DNA from: Octopus vulgaris | Taxonomy: Eukaryota | NCBI GenBank assembly: GCA_951406725.2 | Contig: OX597826.1 | Span: forward strand, 48,360,001-48,424,000 | Length of the DNA stretch: 64,000 bases | Direction: 5' to 3' | The notes under the pieces: model-generated | What the model saw: only the letters and a program-made list of their open reading frames with translations | The model's database searches: none | Told to the model about the DNA's origin: nothing | Program-made: the position numbers and the translations under genes | Shown here: piece after piece, positions 12,316 to 26,624 of the stretch | Position numbering within the stretch: position 1 is the first letter of the stretch | Layout: every line of letters begins with the position of its first letter

Positions 12316-12880
12316 GGTGGTTTTGGTGGTGGCAGTGGTTATTTTGGTGATGGTTGTTTTGATGTTGGTGGTTGTGGTGGTGATGGTGGTGGCAGTGGTG
12401 GCATTGGTGCTGATGATACTGGTAGTAATGATGTTGGAGAGGGTTTTAGTGGTGATGTCAGGGGGTGTGCTGCTGGTAGTGGTGGTAGTGATGTTGGTGA
12501 TGGTTGCATTGGTGATGGTGATGGTGATGGTGGTGGTGGTGGTGGTGATGGTGGCTATGACGATAACGGTAGTGCTGGTAGCATTGGCAATGGTGTTGAC
12601 AGTAACAGTGGTGATGGTAGTAATGGTGTTGATGGCCATGACGACGGTGTGGTGGTGGTGGTGGTGGTGGTTATGATGATTGTGACCGTAGCCATGGTGG
12701 AATTGATAAGGGCAGTGGCAGTAGCAGCAGTGGTAATGGTATTGGTAGTAGAGATGAACACCACTTGTGGTGGTAACAGCTACAACAGTTGTGGCAGTAG
12801 CAGAGGTAGTTGCAGTGGTGGCTGTCACTGTGGTGGTGGTGTCCCTCTTCGTGGTGTGGATGTCAATCAATGGTGTTGGC
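12160..12880. repeat. (GGAT)n plus GGT/GAT-rich low-complexity block
   Basis: Degenerate trinucleotide composition; the long ORFs here are compositional artefacts. Confidence 0.85.
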
Positions 12881-14198
12881 GTTAGAGTAAAACAGCGTTT
12901 GTAAGAAGTAAGACAACGATGATAGCAGCCATTTTAATTTCAGTGAGTCTTGAGATTTTTGTTGTAGTTGTTGTTGTTGTTGTTGTTCTTTTTCTTTTTT
13001 GCTCAACAAATGATATTTGTCTAGAATACACTTTCTTCTAATTACAACTTTGGTTTCATGAATACATAGTCGCTAATGTCTATTTGTGTGTGGGTATGTG
13101 CATATTTGTTAATATATGTTAGGATAAGCATGTTTGCTTGTGTATGAATAAATCAGTGTGTACTAATCTTGTGTGTGTATGTGCAAGCTTGTTTGTGCAT
13201 GCGCGTGTGGGTGGATGTGCTTGTTAGTTTATATGTTTGTGTGTGCATATGTGCATATTTGTTAGTATATGTTAGTATATGCATGTACTTGTGTTGGTGT
13301 GTGTTCGTATCTTATCTTATTTTAAAAGATTTCCTCTTTCATTTTCTTTCCTTTTCGTTTTCTTTTTGTTGCATTCGTTCTGTGGAAATGGTAGATATGT
13401 TTGTTGTAAAAATTAATGAAGTGGGAAATCTTTGTTTGTTTGTTATCCAAGAATTCCATTGATCTTGAGAAACACTGGCAGATAGTAAAATTTTAAAGAC
13501 TGCCGACTTATTCTTATCAAAAATCTCTTTTGAGAACTTTAAGCAGTATGTTCCAAAACTGTAAAAGCCAGTAAGAATGTTTGTAAAAACAAATTGACGA
13601 GCAATTTAGAAACATAAAATAGAATTTTTATTAAATTATTCCAAACTACTAATCAGCAACAAAAAAAAAAGAAAAGAAAGAAAGAAAGAAAGAAAGAAAG
13701 AAATTATTGAAAATAATTGACCAAACTTCAGTTCTTTTAAATAAACCACATTTTTCTAACCCACCTCCCTTCTTCATCCACTCTATCCCTCTACCATAAG
13801 TTCACATCATTTGTAGAGCATTAGCTCTGTTTCACAAGAGATTTCAGTTTTATTAATTTTGGTTTTTCTTTTTATTAATCCTTTAATTAGTTTGACAACA
13901 AGCACATAAATAAGTTATATTGAGCTGCCAATAGGAGTTCAATCCTATTTCAAGTTCTTGACATTGTTTATATTTGTATTTTGTAAATAAATAATACTCA
14001 CTCACTCAAAAAAAAAAAAAATAATAATAATAATAATATCAAAGCTGAAACAAAGCAAAACAAAAACAAACAAAAATAAAACAAGGAAAGAACGATGGAG
14101 CCCCATCTTTCACTGCCTTTTTCTGGATCTTTCTGTTTCCTTTCCTGGATCTGTTTATGGATTATTTTATTTATGGATCTATCTTTTTTTTTTTCTAG

Positions 14199-14310
14199 AT
14201 TTTTCTGTCTACCATTTATGCAGTGAAGAACAGTGCGTTTGGTAACAGCTTTCTTCTGAGCCAATCACTGTTTTACAATGTTTCTGGTGACACAAAAAGA
14301 GCATAGCAGT
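14199..14310 (+). other. Candidate 112-nt non-coding or poison exon containing a hairpin
   Basis: Acceptor tttttttttttctag|, donor |gtaagt; stops in all three frames. Confidence 0.35.
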
Positions 14311-14502
14311 GTAAGTGCACCTCTTGAGAAAATGTCATGGTTTTCTAATAAGTATACACAAGCATAAGATACACTGATGTATATATATACCTACATGCAT
14401 TCATATATACAAAACACACATGCATATATATCACTTCCTCTCCCTTTCTCTCTCTTTCACTTTCTCTCTGTATGAAGGTATGTATGTATATATGGGTGTG
14501 TG

Positions 14503-14551
<49 letters not shown>

Positions 14552-14564
14552 GGTAAATAGTTAA

Positions 14565-14641
<77 letters not shown>

Positions 14642-14659
14642 GAAAGAGAGAGAGAGAGA

Positions 14660-15538
14660 TACAGAGTCCGGTGAATAAAGTGTTGTCTAAATTATGCAAA
14701 AATGAATATAACATTGACATCTCATTTTAACAGATATATTTTACCAAAATTACATAAAAATATCTTGAAATGCTAAAGAGTAAATTTATTCAATAACATC
14801 ACCATTGGCTTCAACCACGGCCTCCAGACGACTTTGGAATCCCTTACGATTCTTCTAGTTTGTCTCCTTGTTTAAGTTGGTGTATACTGCCATTATCCTT
14901 GCCTTCAGTTCATCTTTGGTGTTACAAGGAGTTTTGTTGGTCACTCACTTAACTGCGCCCCACACATAATAATGAAGGTGGTTGTAGGTCTAGGGAGTTA
15001 GATGGCCAGGTGTTAGGGGTGATGTGGTCACAGAACTTGTCTGACAGCCATGACTGGGCTCTCCTGCTTGTGTGGCATGGTGTAGTGTCTTATTGCCAGA
15101 CATAGGGTCTTCCAGCAGCCACCCTCTTGACCCAGGGCACTACCTCCTCCAGGCACTTGATGAAGGTTTCCGTGTTGAGTATGAGGCCATGTGGGAAGAT
15201 GAATGGAGGCATAATGTCACCTTCACTAGTGATCACTCCGAACACCATGATGCTGGATGTTTGATATTTTATTACTCTCGGTAGATGTTTTGGGAACCTG
15301 GCAAGCCAACAGTTGTTCTGTGTGTTCACCATTTGATCCTGGCAGAGATTTTTCTCATCTAAGAAAAACCAAAGCATGCTTACTTGGAGGGGATGCTTGA
15401 GTTTGTTCAAAAGATTTGTAGAAGAGTCTTTCCTCTTGTCCTTGATTGCTTAGGATAAAAATTGGCCCTTTCTCATCTTGTATGAGAAATACCAAATGCC
15501 TTCATGCACTACCTGCCTGATAAGAAACTGAGACACTC

Positions 15539-15540
<2 letters not shown>
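14660..15540 (-). mobile_element. Tc1/mariner superfamily (maT/DD37D-like) transposon relic, 3' half
   Basis: WFFLDEKN...IMVFGVITSEGDIMPPFIF...RPYVWQ*D...WPSNSLD; stops and frameshifts. Confidence 0.85.
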
Positions 15541-15588
<48 letters not shown>

Positions 15589-15710
15589 GAGATACCTCCA
15601 CGCTGGAAATAGCAGCTAAAACTTGACTCTAAAACCACATTAAATGTTCATACAACACCAAGAGAGAAGGCAAAAGGACAAGATAAACTAGCAAAAAAAA
15701 TTACTGGATA

Positions 15711-15768
15711 ATTCCAGATCCCGAATTTCTGGATTTGCATAAGAAATACTTTGTCTCATCAGTGGAAT
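15711..15768 (-). ncRNA. Degenerate type-I hammerhead motif (stem II broken)
   Basis: ATTCCA-CTGATGA-...-GAAA-TTCGGG-ATC-TGGAAT: 6-bp stem I, intact core, AUC cleavage triplet. Confidence 0.55.
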
Positions 15769-16063
15769 ATATCTTGTCATTTTCTCTTCTCTCTGTAACA
15801 AGTCTTTCTTCCTGATACCTTAGTAGCTTCTAAGATGAAGTGAAGGCAGCATGTTCTTTGTCTATCTTCTTACCTTCTTGGAGATTTTAGGTAAAATTAT
15901 ACTAATGTGCCCATCTGTTTTAATTTAATTAAATTCTATGTCTTTATGCAGTGGAGGATTGCTCTGCATTTAAATTGATGTAATGGTTGCATTGTTCAAT
16001 TAAATGGAGTTGCTCGAAACGATCATACTGCATTGCCTCTGGATATCCTTGTTGCACATTTTG

Positions 16064-16101
<38 letters not shown>

Positions 16102-16329
16102 ATTTACCATTTGAAGTACAATGAAAAAATATGAGAAAGATATTGTGTATAATTTTTTTTGAGCAGGGGTTCCTTGTGACATGTAATTTATTTTAAGGGT
16201 TTAATGACTGAAACTGGTCTAATGACTGAAACATGTAAACAATAAAAGATAAAGATGGCTTCATCCGATGGGAGAACTCATGCTTAATCAGGAAGGTTTC
16301 CACTGTACTGTCATCAATGTATTGTAAAG

Positions 16330-16981
16330 CATACAGTCCATGATAACAACGATGTCCCTTTGTCCTAGACTGCTTTTACCATTTTTTTGTTCCATTATCA
16401 GACTCAGAAAATAAATAAGAAATACCAGGGAAATTTATTGGCATCGATGTATTGAGGGAGAAGTTGGGCATAAGAGGAATTATATGCAGTGTGCAAGAGA
16501 GGAGATTGTGTTTGTTTGGTCATGTGATGTGGATGAATGAGAACAGTTGCATAAAGAAGTGTTGATCACTTAACCTTTGGTATTCAGATTAGTTTGTCAA
16601 ATGTAATTCACCTTGTTTTGAATTAATCATTTATTAATCATGTAGCTTTGAGATTTCGATTATTGGATTGTTTATTTTTAGAATTACATTGTAGGGTAGA
16701 TGTGAGAGGCTGGATTTGGCCAGTGTGAACATAAAACACATAAGACATTTTGGCTGGATATGGCCAGTTTCGATGCTAAAGAATTAAACTGTATATTTTA
16801 TATAACTTATATAATATGTGCAGGAGTGGCTGCGCGGTAAGGAGCTTGCTTACCAACCACATGGTTCTGGGTTCAGTCACACTGCATGGCACCTTGGGCA
16901 AGTGTCTTCTGCTATACCCTCAGGTTGACCAAGGCCTTGTGGGTGTATTTGGCAGACGGAAACTAAAAGAAGCCCGTCGTA

Positions 16982-17036
<55 letters not shown>

Positions 17037-18118
17037 GTGTGTGTATGTCTGTGTTTGTCCCCCCAACAACACTTGACAACCGATGCTGGTATGTTTACGT
17101 CCCTGTAACTTAGCGGTTCAGCAAAAGAGCCCCATAGAATAAGTACTAGACTTGCAAAGAATAAGTCCTGTGGTCAATTTGCTCGACTAAAAGGTGGTGC
17201 TCCAGCATGACCACAGCCAAATGACTGAAACAAGTAAAAGAATAAAAGAGTAACCCTTTAGCATTCAGATTACTCTGTCCAATGTAACGCTTATGTATTC
17301 ACCTTGTTTTGAATTAATTGTGGATTATCTTGTAGTTTTGAGATTTTGATTACTGGATTGTTTACTTTTAACATGACATTGTAGGGTAGGTGTTAAAGGC
17401 TGGATTTGGCCAGTAAAACACATAAGGTATTTTGACCAGATATGGCCAATTTAGATGCTAAAGGGTTGAGGTGGAGGGAAGTTGTGGAAGAGAGAGACCC
17501 AGAAACACATGGGATAAAGTTTTGAAGGCTGATCTCCAAGTGCTGAAACTTACAAAAAGTAGATGACAGAGGACCAAGTTGTGTGGTGTATTGCCATAAT
17601 TGCAAAGACCTGCCCTCCACAACAGAATTGAGATCCTAAAACCAAGGTGCCACATCAAAAGCACTGCTCCTGGTGCCACTTAAAAAGCACCTGTGAAGGT
17701 GCCACATAAAAAAAAAGACCCAGTAAACTCTGTAAAGTGGTTTAGCCTTAAGAAGGGCATCAAGTTGTAGAAACCAAGCCGAAAACAGACTATGGAATTT
17801 GGTGTGGTCCCTGGCCTTTGTTGTTATTGTTGTTAAGCAACAAGACGGGTAAGGGTGATTAGGTGATGGTCTAGGGCTTAGGGGCAGGAGACCCCAGACC
17901 TTGGAAAAAAAAACTTTGGTCGTCTTGTTGTAGTCGAGGGCTCTTCGTTGACACTCGACACCTCTGGGAGGTGGCCCTCGAAGTCGCTGGGGATGGAGAT
18001 CTCCAGGTCCAAATTTTTGGATGGTGGTCCCTGGCCTTACCAGTTCTGGTCAAGCCATCCAACCCATGACAGCAAGGAAAATGGATGCTAAATGATGATG
18101 ATGATGATGATGATGACT
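16330..18118 (+). mobile_element. RTE-like LINE 3' fragment split by nested MITEs (16570-16787, 17251-17468), SINE A (16820-17250) and an antisense LINE tail (17820-18030)
   Basis: LREKLGIRGI...RRLCLFGHVMWM continues as VEGSCGRERPRNTW after 17468; MITE ends TAACCCTTTAGCAT/ATGCTAAAGGGTT; (GAT)n tail. Confidence 0.75.
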
Positions 18119-18703
18119 TATGAGGTGCTACAATAAGCTAAAAACACTTTACAATATGTTGTGGGGGATGATTTGCCAGTAACGTCTCACGAAGATGACT
18201 AAAAAATACTACAATTCAATAAAAGAAAATATAATAAAATGAAAAGAAATATATAAATAAAATGTAATAAAATAAAAGTTGATAAAAGTAAAAGAAGCCG
18301 TGCACTTAAACACTCATCTTTGATTTGCAAGACTTGAAGAATATTCCAAAATCTTTAGAAGACATTCTGAAAACAAAGTGTTATATGGCAATGAGTCTGT
18401 GACACGTCTGCCATTGATGAATAATCATTATAAGAAATTAAAATGAATGGCTCAGGAAACACTGGCTATTGTCAAAGTGTCTCCCTAAAATTTAAAATGA
18501 TAAACAGCCTTTGATTTATTGTGATGTGTGTTGATTTATGTTGATTTGTGTGATTTATTTGGTCGCGCGTTAGTTATGTATATCGATGTATATGAATCAT
18601 ATATACATTAAAGACACATACTCACACATATATATCTACCAGACGTTAAACGATGATGAAGATGATGATGATGATATATACATATAAATATATATATATA
18701 TAC

Positions 18704-18734
<31 letters not shown>

Positions 18735-18755
18735 CATATATAAATATATATATAC

Positions 18756-18810
<55 letters not shown>

Positions 18811-18860
18811 TATATATATATATATTTATATATATACATATACAGACATATATGCTGCAG

Positions 18861-18904
<44 letters not shown>

Positions 18905-18992
18905 TAAACACATATACATATGGATATACATACATTTATATATGTTTATATATAAGTCTGTTTATCTGTCTATCTGTCTATCTATCTATCAA

Positions 18993-19026
<34 letters not shown>

Positions 19027-19352
19027 GTGTGTGTATACATGTACATGACTGAGTCTGTTTGCATATGTATTATTTAGATTTTTGTTGTCTTTTTATGTAG
19101 CTTAAACTTTTTTTATTGTTTTAATTATTATTATTGTTATTTTTAAAAAAAGAATACATTTATCATTCTTTTATTTCATCTGACAAAATCCTTCCTTTAT
19201 TTTTTTTCTCTTCCTTTTACCCTCACACAACATTTCCAAATTTTTCACACAAGCAATATTCATATTGCTTAGGTAACAGCAAATCAAACAGCAGACATGA
19301 GAATCAACCCCAGTTTGATGTTGTTACAATAGATATTTTGTATTTGTGTGTG

Positions 19353-19387
<35 letters not shown>

Positions 19388-19410
19388 ATGTATTACATAT
19401 ATATATGCAT

Positions 19411-19559
<149 letters not shown>

Positions 19560-20043
19560 TATATAAAACAGTACTGGGAGAATAAAGAACGGAACGAAGC
19601 GAACGAATCGAATCGAATATATATATATTAATATTGAGGGCATTACTATACATAAATGCCACATGCTAGGAGGGACTCTTAAAGTCAAAACTACCAAAAT
19701 AAATAAACTCAATTCAATATACATAGATGTATAAAGGTTGAACAATTCTATATCCTATGCTGGATACATTTGGTGTTCGACTGGTATGTTGATTTTTGTT
19801 CATTTTTTTTATACATCTTGAATTATGCTTGCACTGAAGATTAAAAAGTGCATTTGTGCACTAATTATGAAATCATATGATATGCAGCTGAATTCTGTTT
19901 TTAAAACGCTCATTTCGAGAGTTGCATTCCCTTGTATTTGGTACAATGTATTTATTTATTTTGGTAGTGTACATTTAAACTAATTACATATCATTTTACA
20001 GAATAAAAGAATTAAAATTTCTTTGATTAAAACCCTTTCTAAC

Positions 20044-20410
20044 ATGGAATTATCCAAAGAGCATTTAAGGCACATAATGCTTTATGAGTACAAAAAAGGA
20101 AACTCTGCAGCCGAAGCAACTCAAAACATACACTCAGTTTATGGGAAAGAATGCTTGAATGAAAGAACTTGCAGAAGATGGTTTGCAAAATTCAGAAGTG
20201 GAGATTTCAGCCTTGAAGATGAAGATTGAACAGGACGTCCAGTTGAGTTTGATGATGAGCTCCTTGAGGCATTACTTGAAGAAAATCCTGCATTATCAGT
20301 TGAAGAATTGGCAATAAAGCTTAGTTCAAACCATACAACTGTTCATCGTCATCTTCAACAACTTAGGAAAGGTTCCTAAACTTGAAAGATGGGTGCCTCA
20401 TGAATTGTCC
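20044..20410 (+). pseudogene. Mariner transposase N-terminal (HTH) relic
   Basis: EHLRHIMLYEYKKGNSAAEATQNI...RRWFAKFRSGDFSLEDED*TGRP...WVPHEL. Confidence 0.9.
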
Positions 20411-20661
20411 AATCATCAACATGAGCATGATGTGTGTGTGTATGCATGCGTGCATGTGTGTGCATGCATGCATGTATGTATGTACATATATATATATGTA
20501 TATATATATTGGGATTTACTTGTCATACATGAAGAATTACCTTGGTTGTTGAATCTACTTGCATTTCTTGGTATCTCATTATTTGATATAGCTAACCAAG
20601 TTCGTTTAACACCGAGTGCTTTATAGATATGTACCTAGATTTGTTAATCCCTTTTACTTTT

Positions 20662-20707
<46 letters not shown>

Positions 20708-20711
20708 GTAT

Positions 20712-20865
20712 GGTGAATTCTTTTAATTTCTGTTTACCAAATCCACTCACAAGAGTTTGATCTGTTTGGGGCTATAGTAGAAGACGCCCAAAGTGTCATG
20801 CATTTGGACTGAATTCTGCAAGGCTGGAAAGCAAAGTTCTTAACAACACAGCCATGCCTAAGCCT
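20712..20865 (-). mobile_element. SINE family A, 5' part
   Basis: Reverse complement of the family A head. Confidence 0.75.
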
Positions 20866-22565
20866 ATACACAGCCACTCATAAACACGCACACATACGTA
20901 CACCAACACATGTGCATGTCCCTACACACACACACACACAAACACACACGCACATGCATAAGCATAGCAAAGCACACTGACATATGTATATACATACGCT
21001 AAACCTCCAAATATGACAGCCATCTGTTAAAAACATACACATTCTTTATTTTTTTTCTTTCTTCTTAAGCATGAAGGAAATATTTATTTTGTAAACTGAT
21101 TCTAAAATGGGTTCAACTCTTAAAACACCGTTTATCACAGCAAGATCTGAGGCAAGCTAAAAACGGGAGCCTCTACATGGTTACACAGCCCATTAGAAAT
21201 AACAGCTAAATCTCCCCTCAGATTACAACTTATCACAAGAAAAAGAAAAGGCACGAGGGATAATGTAGTACTTAATATAGTATGACCAAAAAAGGAGATA
21301 AATTGGTGAAATCATGAAAGAACAGGAAGAAATTCTTAGCAATATTTGTATTGATTCTCAGCATTCTGTGTTCAAATCCTGCTGAGGTCATTTTTGGTTT
21401 TTTCATCCTTTAAGGGTTGATAAAAAAAGTAATGGCCCAGGAAAATGGATTACTGAAATACTTGAAACATTAGATAAGATGTATTTTAGTTATAATGGTT
21501 TTGTTCTTCCTCTTTGAGTGACTGCAGATGAAACGCACTTCTGCACAGTGCACCAAGAATCATTGTCTCTCCTACCCTACCCCCTCCTACCCCACCCTAA
21601 TGCTTCCATTAGCATTGGCATTTCTTCAGTTTCTTGTGGTATAACTTTGCTGGTAACATCAATATCATTGAGTGATCTTCATCTCACATCAAAATTTCAT
21701 GTCAATTTATGTCTTGAACACCAGCTTAGTAATAACAAAATAATTTTGCTTAATTCTTTATTATTTAAAAGTTGCTTGAAATAAAAATCAGTGTATTCCA
21801 GCAGAAATTTGTTAACAAAATGTTTAAGCAGTTCAGTCGTAACATGATGGAGACCCGGCTGTTGTTTCTAATGAGGTTAAGTGACCACATGTTGTTTTGT
21901 AAAACGAATGCTGTTAGTTTATTATAGTCTATTTAACATTAACATCCTCACTGCTTACTCAGATTAGACACCGACAAAGTTTCCCAACAGAGTTACCTGT
22001 TTAACTATGGGCCTTAATTGATGCTGCCTAATCTCAAAGATTGGCAATAAAAAGAAGCAACTGAATGTTTTCAAATGCCAACTGGGTATAAAGTTAGATG
22101 AAGATAATTGAAATAAACAGGAACAGATCTAGTATATAATGATTTGTAATAAGATTTTCTTAGCTTATGACATCACTTGGAGAAAGAAAAAAAAGAGAAA
22201 AGGAAGAGAAAGAAAGAAATATATGAAGCAGTCTTCATCTATTTCAATTATCTAATCATAAACCATTTTCAATACATACGTACACATGCAAACACATACC
22301 CACATACAAACATACTACCCACATGCAACACACGTACATGAAAACAACCTCACACCCACACATACTCACTCTAATTATTTTTGTATTCTTATTTACACAC
22401 GCGTGTGTGTGTGTGTGTGTGTGTTTATTTATATATTACGAATTTTAAATCATATATGCATTTATATGGATGTCTGTGTAATTTATATGTATTTATGTAA
22501 TTTAGATATATATTTATCTATCTGAAATTTCATTCTGTTTCCCACCCTCCTTCTCTCTATCACAC

Positions 22566-22621
<56 letters not shown>

Positions 22622-22743
22622 TGTATGTGGGTGTGTGTATACACACACATACTCCCCACTTACATTCACACACATATATATACATACACCTATGTAAGCA
22701 TATAAGTGTGTATCACCCTGCACGTACTACATGTATACATATA

Positions 22744-22785
<42 letters not shown>

Positions 22786-22786
22786 C

Positions 22787-22831
<45 letters not shown>

Positions 22832-22951
22832 CACATATCTATATGTATGCATATATATATGTATATATATGTATATATGTGAGTGTATATGCATATATGT
22901 GTGTGTGCATGCATGCGAGCGTGCAAGCATACGTGCATGTGTGTTTGTGTG

Positions 22952-22984
<33 letters not shown>

Positions 22985-24043
22985 ATGTAATTCTATTTAC
23001 AGGTGCAGAGATATCAGTGGAAACCAGCAAAAATCAAGAGATAACATCGCATGGATAGATTTACAAATATCTTCCACTCGCAAACATTTAATAATTTTGA
23101 GTAACGTAATTGAAACATGAAAAAAAACACACACACACACACATACAAGGAAAAGAAAAAGAAAAGAAACAAGGCAAAAACTCCTCTCCATCACCACCAC
23201 CACCACCACTCCCAATCCTTTAAGAGTCACATTCGAAATCTTTCCTCTCATTAAACTCTGTTGCATTCTATATAAGTCTTCTTCAATCTCACCATGATAA
23301 CTACAATCCGAGATCAATAAAGCATAAAATGCTTACATATTTTTCAGTACAGTCCTCTGAAGTATTTCTCCCGACCGGCAAAGAAGGCTGGAAGCTGAAT
23401 GAAAATATCTGTATTTGAAATGCAAGACATGTCTAACAAATGAATGAAGAATATTTTGTTCATTTTGAAAAGCAATTTTCCTTGAAAAAATTTTCCTTCT
23501 AGTCAAAAGTAAAAATTCTTCTTACTTTCTTATCAAACCTCAACTAATGCCTCCAAGGAATATCACCCCCTACCATGAAGCAGAGATAAGAACTAAGATT
23601 TGAGCAGCAGATAAATTCTTTGGATAATAACATTACTTTTGTCTTTCTTTTTCGCAATTCTTCCCCCAATGTGTGTGTGTGTGTGTGTGTGATTGTATAC
23701 GTGTATGTGTGTGTGTGTGTATTTTCACTTTTCCTTTTCTTTTTTTTTTACCTTTTTAATGTCTTCATTAATATCAATCTTTCATTTTGTGTCTCTCTAG
23801 CTTGTTTTTCTTTTTTTCCCCACCATTCCACAGTATATGTGCCTGCGTGTGTATGTGTATACATGTGTATATAGGTGTGTGCTTGTATAAGTATATATGT
23901 GCATGTATATGTATGTATATCCATACTTATATCTATCTATCTAGCTAGCTAGTTAGCTATCTATCTATTTATCTACATCTACCAATCTATATATATATAT
24001 ATATATACATACACACATACATACATATATATATATATATGTA

Positions 24044-24095
<52 letters not shown>

Positions 24096-25523
24096 AATAT
24101 ATATATATAATAGATAGATAGTCTGATTGTCTGATAGATAGATAGATAGATATCTGTATACATGTGTATGTATCTAAGTTAGCATATTCCGTTCTTTGCC
24201 TTTACTAGTTTTTTTTTATTGTCTTCCTCTTCACCTTTCTTCCTTTTCTATCCTTCTTATTACCATTCTTCATCTTCTTCAACTTTATTATTCTTAATTC
24301 TTTCACATTTTGTTGTTAAGAAAAAAATGAAATATAATATACTTTCATGGATAAGAAATTCATTTTCTTTCAAATTATCGTCCAATATTTGAATAACTAA
24401 AGACTATTTTCTAGTTATGTGAGCAGCGCTAATTAAGAATTTAATATGTAGCTTATATACAACCATTTTCATTTGCACAATATCCATACATACATATGCA
24501 TGTACAAACCCACATACATATGTAGATATATATGTGTGTGCATGTATATATATATATATAGATAGATAGATAGATAGATACATACATACATACATACATA
24601 CATGCAGACATACATATATACATACATATATATACATATATATACATATATACATACATACATATATATATACATACATATATATATATATATATATAGA
24701 TATATATATATATATGCATGTGTATGTACATGCGTGTATAGAGTTATATATCTGCATATATGTACTTATGAATTGATGTAAGTTCAAGATGCAGATGCAC
24801 AAAATGATACGTTTAACATTCATACAGTTGTCTATATACAAACATACACCACTTTTTTATAAATACAGACACATGCAACAACACAAGTATATATATCTGT
24901 GTATGTAGATATGTATGTGTGTGTGTATGTAATATGTATGTGTGTGTATGAAATGTGTATGTGTGTATGTATGTACGAATGTATGTATGTATGTATGTAT
25001 GTATGTATGTATGTACGAATGTATGTATGTATGTATGTATGTATGTATGTATGTATGTATGTATGAATTTATTTATTTATGTATGTATTTAAATGTAAGA
25101 ACAACTTGCTATAATTATAGATATATATTTTGAGGTGTTATATGTTAGAAATTCAGTTATGTGATGTAAACTTATGTGCTCTATATACAATTAAGTCTTA
25201 AACAAACTGGAATATTAAGAAATAAAATTGAAAAACATGTGAACAGCTCTATGCAGCAGGCAGGAATCAGTCGCCAGAAGGAAGAATAACGAAATTTTAT
25301 TATGCACATGTGTGTATACTGAATTACACACACATACATGTACAGAGTGACAAACAGATACATGCATATATACATACATACATACATACATACATACACA
25401 CACATACATACATACACACATACATACATACATACATACATCAATACAAAGATAGATATACATATAAGAAGTTATATATACATATATATATATAATACAA
25501 GTGTGTGTGTGGGTATATATATT

Positions 25524-25592
<69 letters not shown>

Positions 25593-26510
25593 GCATACAT
25601 ACATATACATATATATACATTTATATAAGTTAATATACACATATAAATTAATACATAAACAATATATACAATGTAGATAGATAGATTGAGTAATTGACTG
25701 AAATAGTTATATGTATATGCACATAAATTAATGCATATATATATATATACACACACATACATACATACATACATACATACATACATACATACATACATAC
25801 ATACATACATACATACATACATACATACATACATACATAGCAATGATATAAGACGTTTTGGTATCCAGAAGACCCATGTGTAGAAATGTCCTAGAAATTT
25901 CACAGTTTTGGCTTTGTTGTCTCATTTCATTTTAACATACACACACATATATGTAAATGTATATACATACTCAAATGTATGCACATACTTACAGATAGGT
26001 ATATAGGTATACTTATATATCCAAATTAATATATAAACATACAATACATGTACACACACACACACACACACATATATACATATAAATGTGTGCAAAAATG
26101 ACAGAACAGCCATATTTTATTGTCGCAGATGGTTTGAAAGAGAAAGTAACCCACTGTATGTGTGTGTGTGTGTGTGTGTGTTCATATACACAAACACACA
26201 CTCTCACACACGCGCACACACACAAACACACACACACATATGGGCTAGTCCACATACTCCTTAAGTAGCATAGGGCCAGTCTCTTGGTTTCTCTGGCATA
26301 TATGCTCCTCCCTGGAGAGGACGCCAGTCCCTCAAGGGATTACTCATTTTTATCAGCTGAGTGAACTGGAGCAATGTGAAATGACATATATTGCTCAAGA
26401 ACATAATGCACTGCACAGTCCAGGAATTGAAACCACAATCTTACGACCATGTGTCCAACACCTTAACCACTAGGCCATGCACCTCCACAGATTATATGTA
26501 TATACATGAC

Positions 26511-26624
26511 GATTACTCTTTAACGAGAATAGTAATGATAGTGACTTTGACGTTTTGGACAGCTAAGCCTTCATCACACTTCGAAGTCACTGTCAATGAT
26601 ATTCTTGTTAATGAATAGTAAATC
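26511..26624 (+). ncRNA. Long imperfect stem-loop (structured RNA candidate)
   Basis: TAACGAGAATA/TATTCTTGTTA (11 bp) and TGATAGTGACTTTGA/TCGAAGTCACTGTCA (15 bp); three G-U pairs on +. Confidence 0.45.

Noticed and set aside
12160-12885. Gly-rich 211-aa and Thr-rich 236-aa ORFs (mucin or structural protein look-alikes)
   Set aside because: Open in several frames on both strands; degenerate GGT/GAT repeat with no splice or domain support
15978-15996. Resemblance to miR-33 (GTTGCATTG)
   Set aside because: Seed region does not match; only a partial 3' similarity
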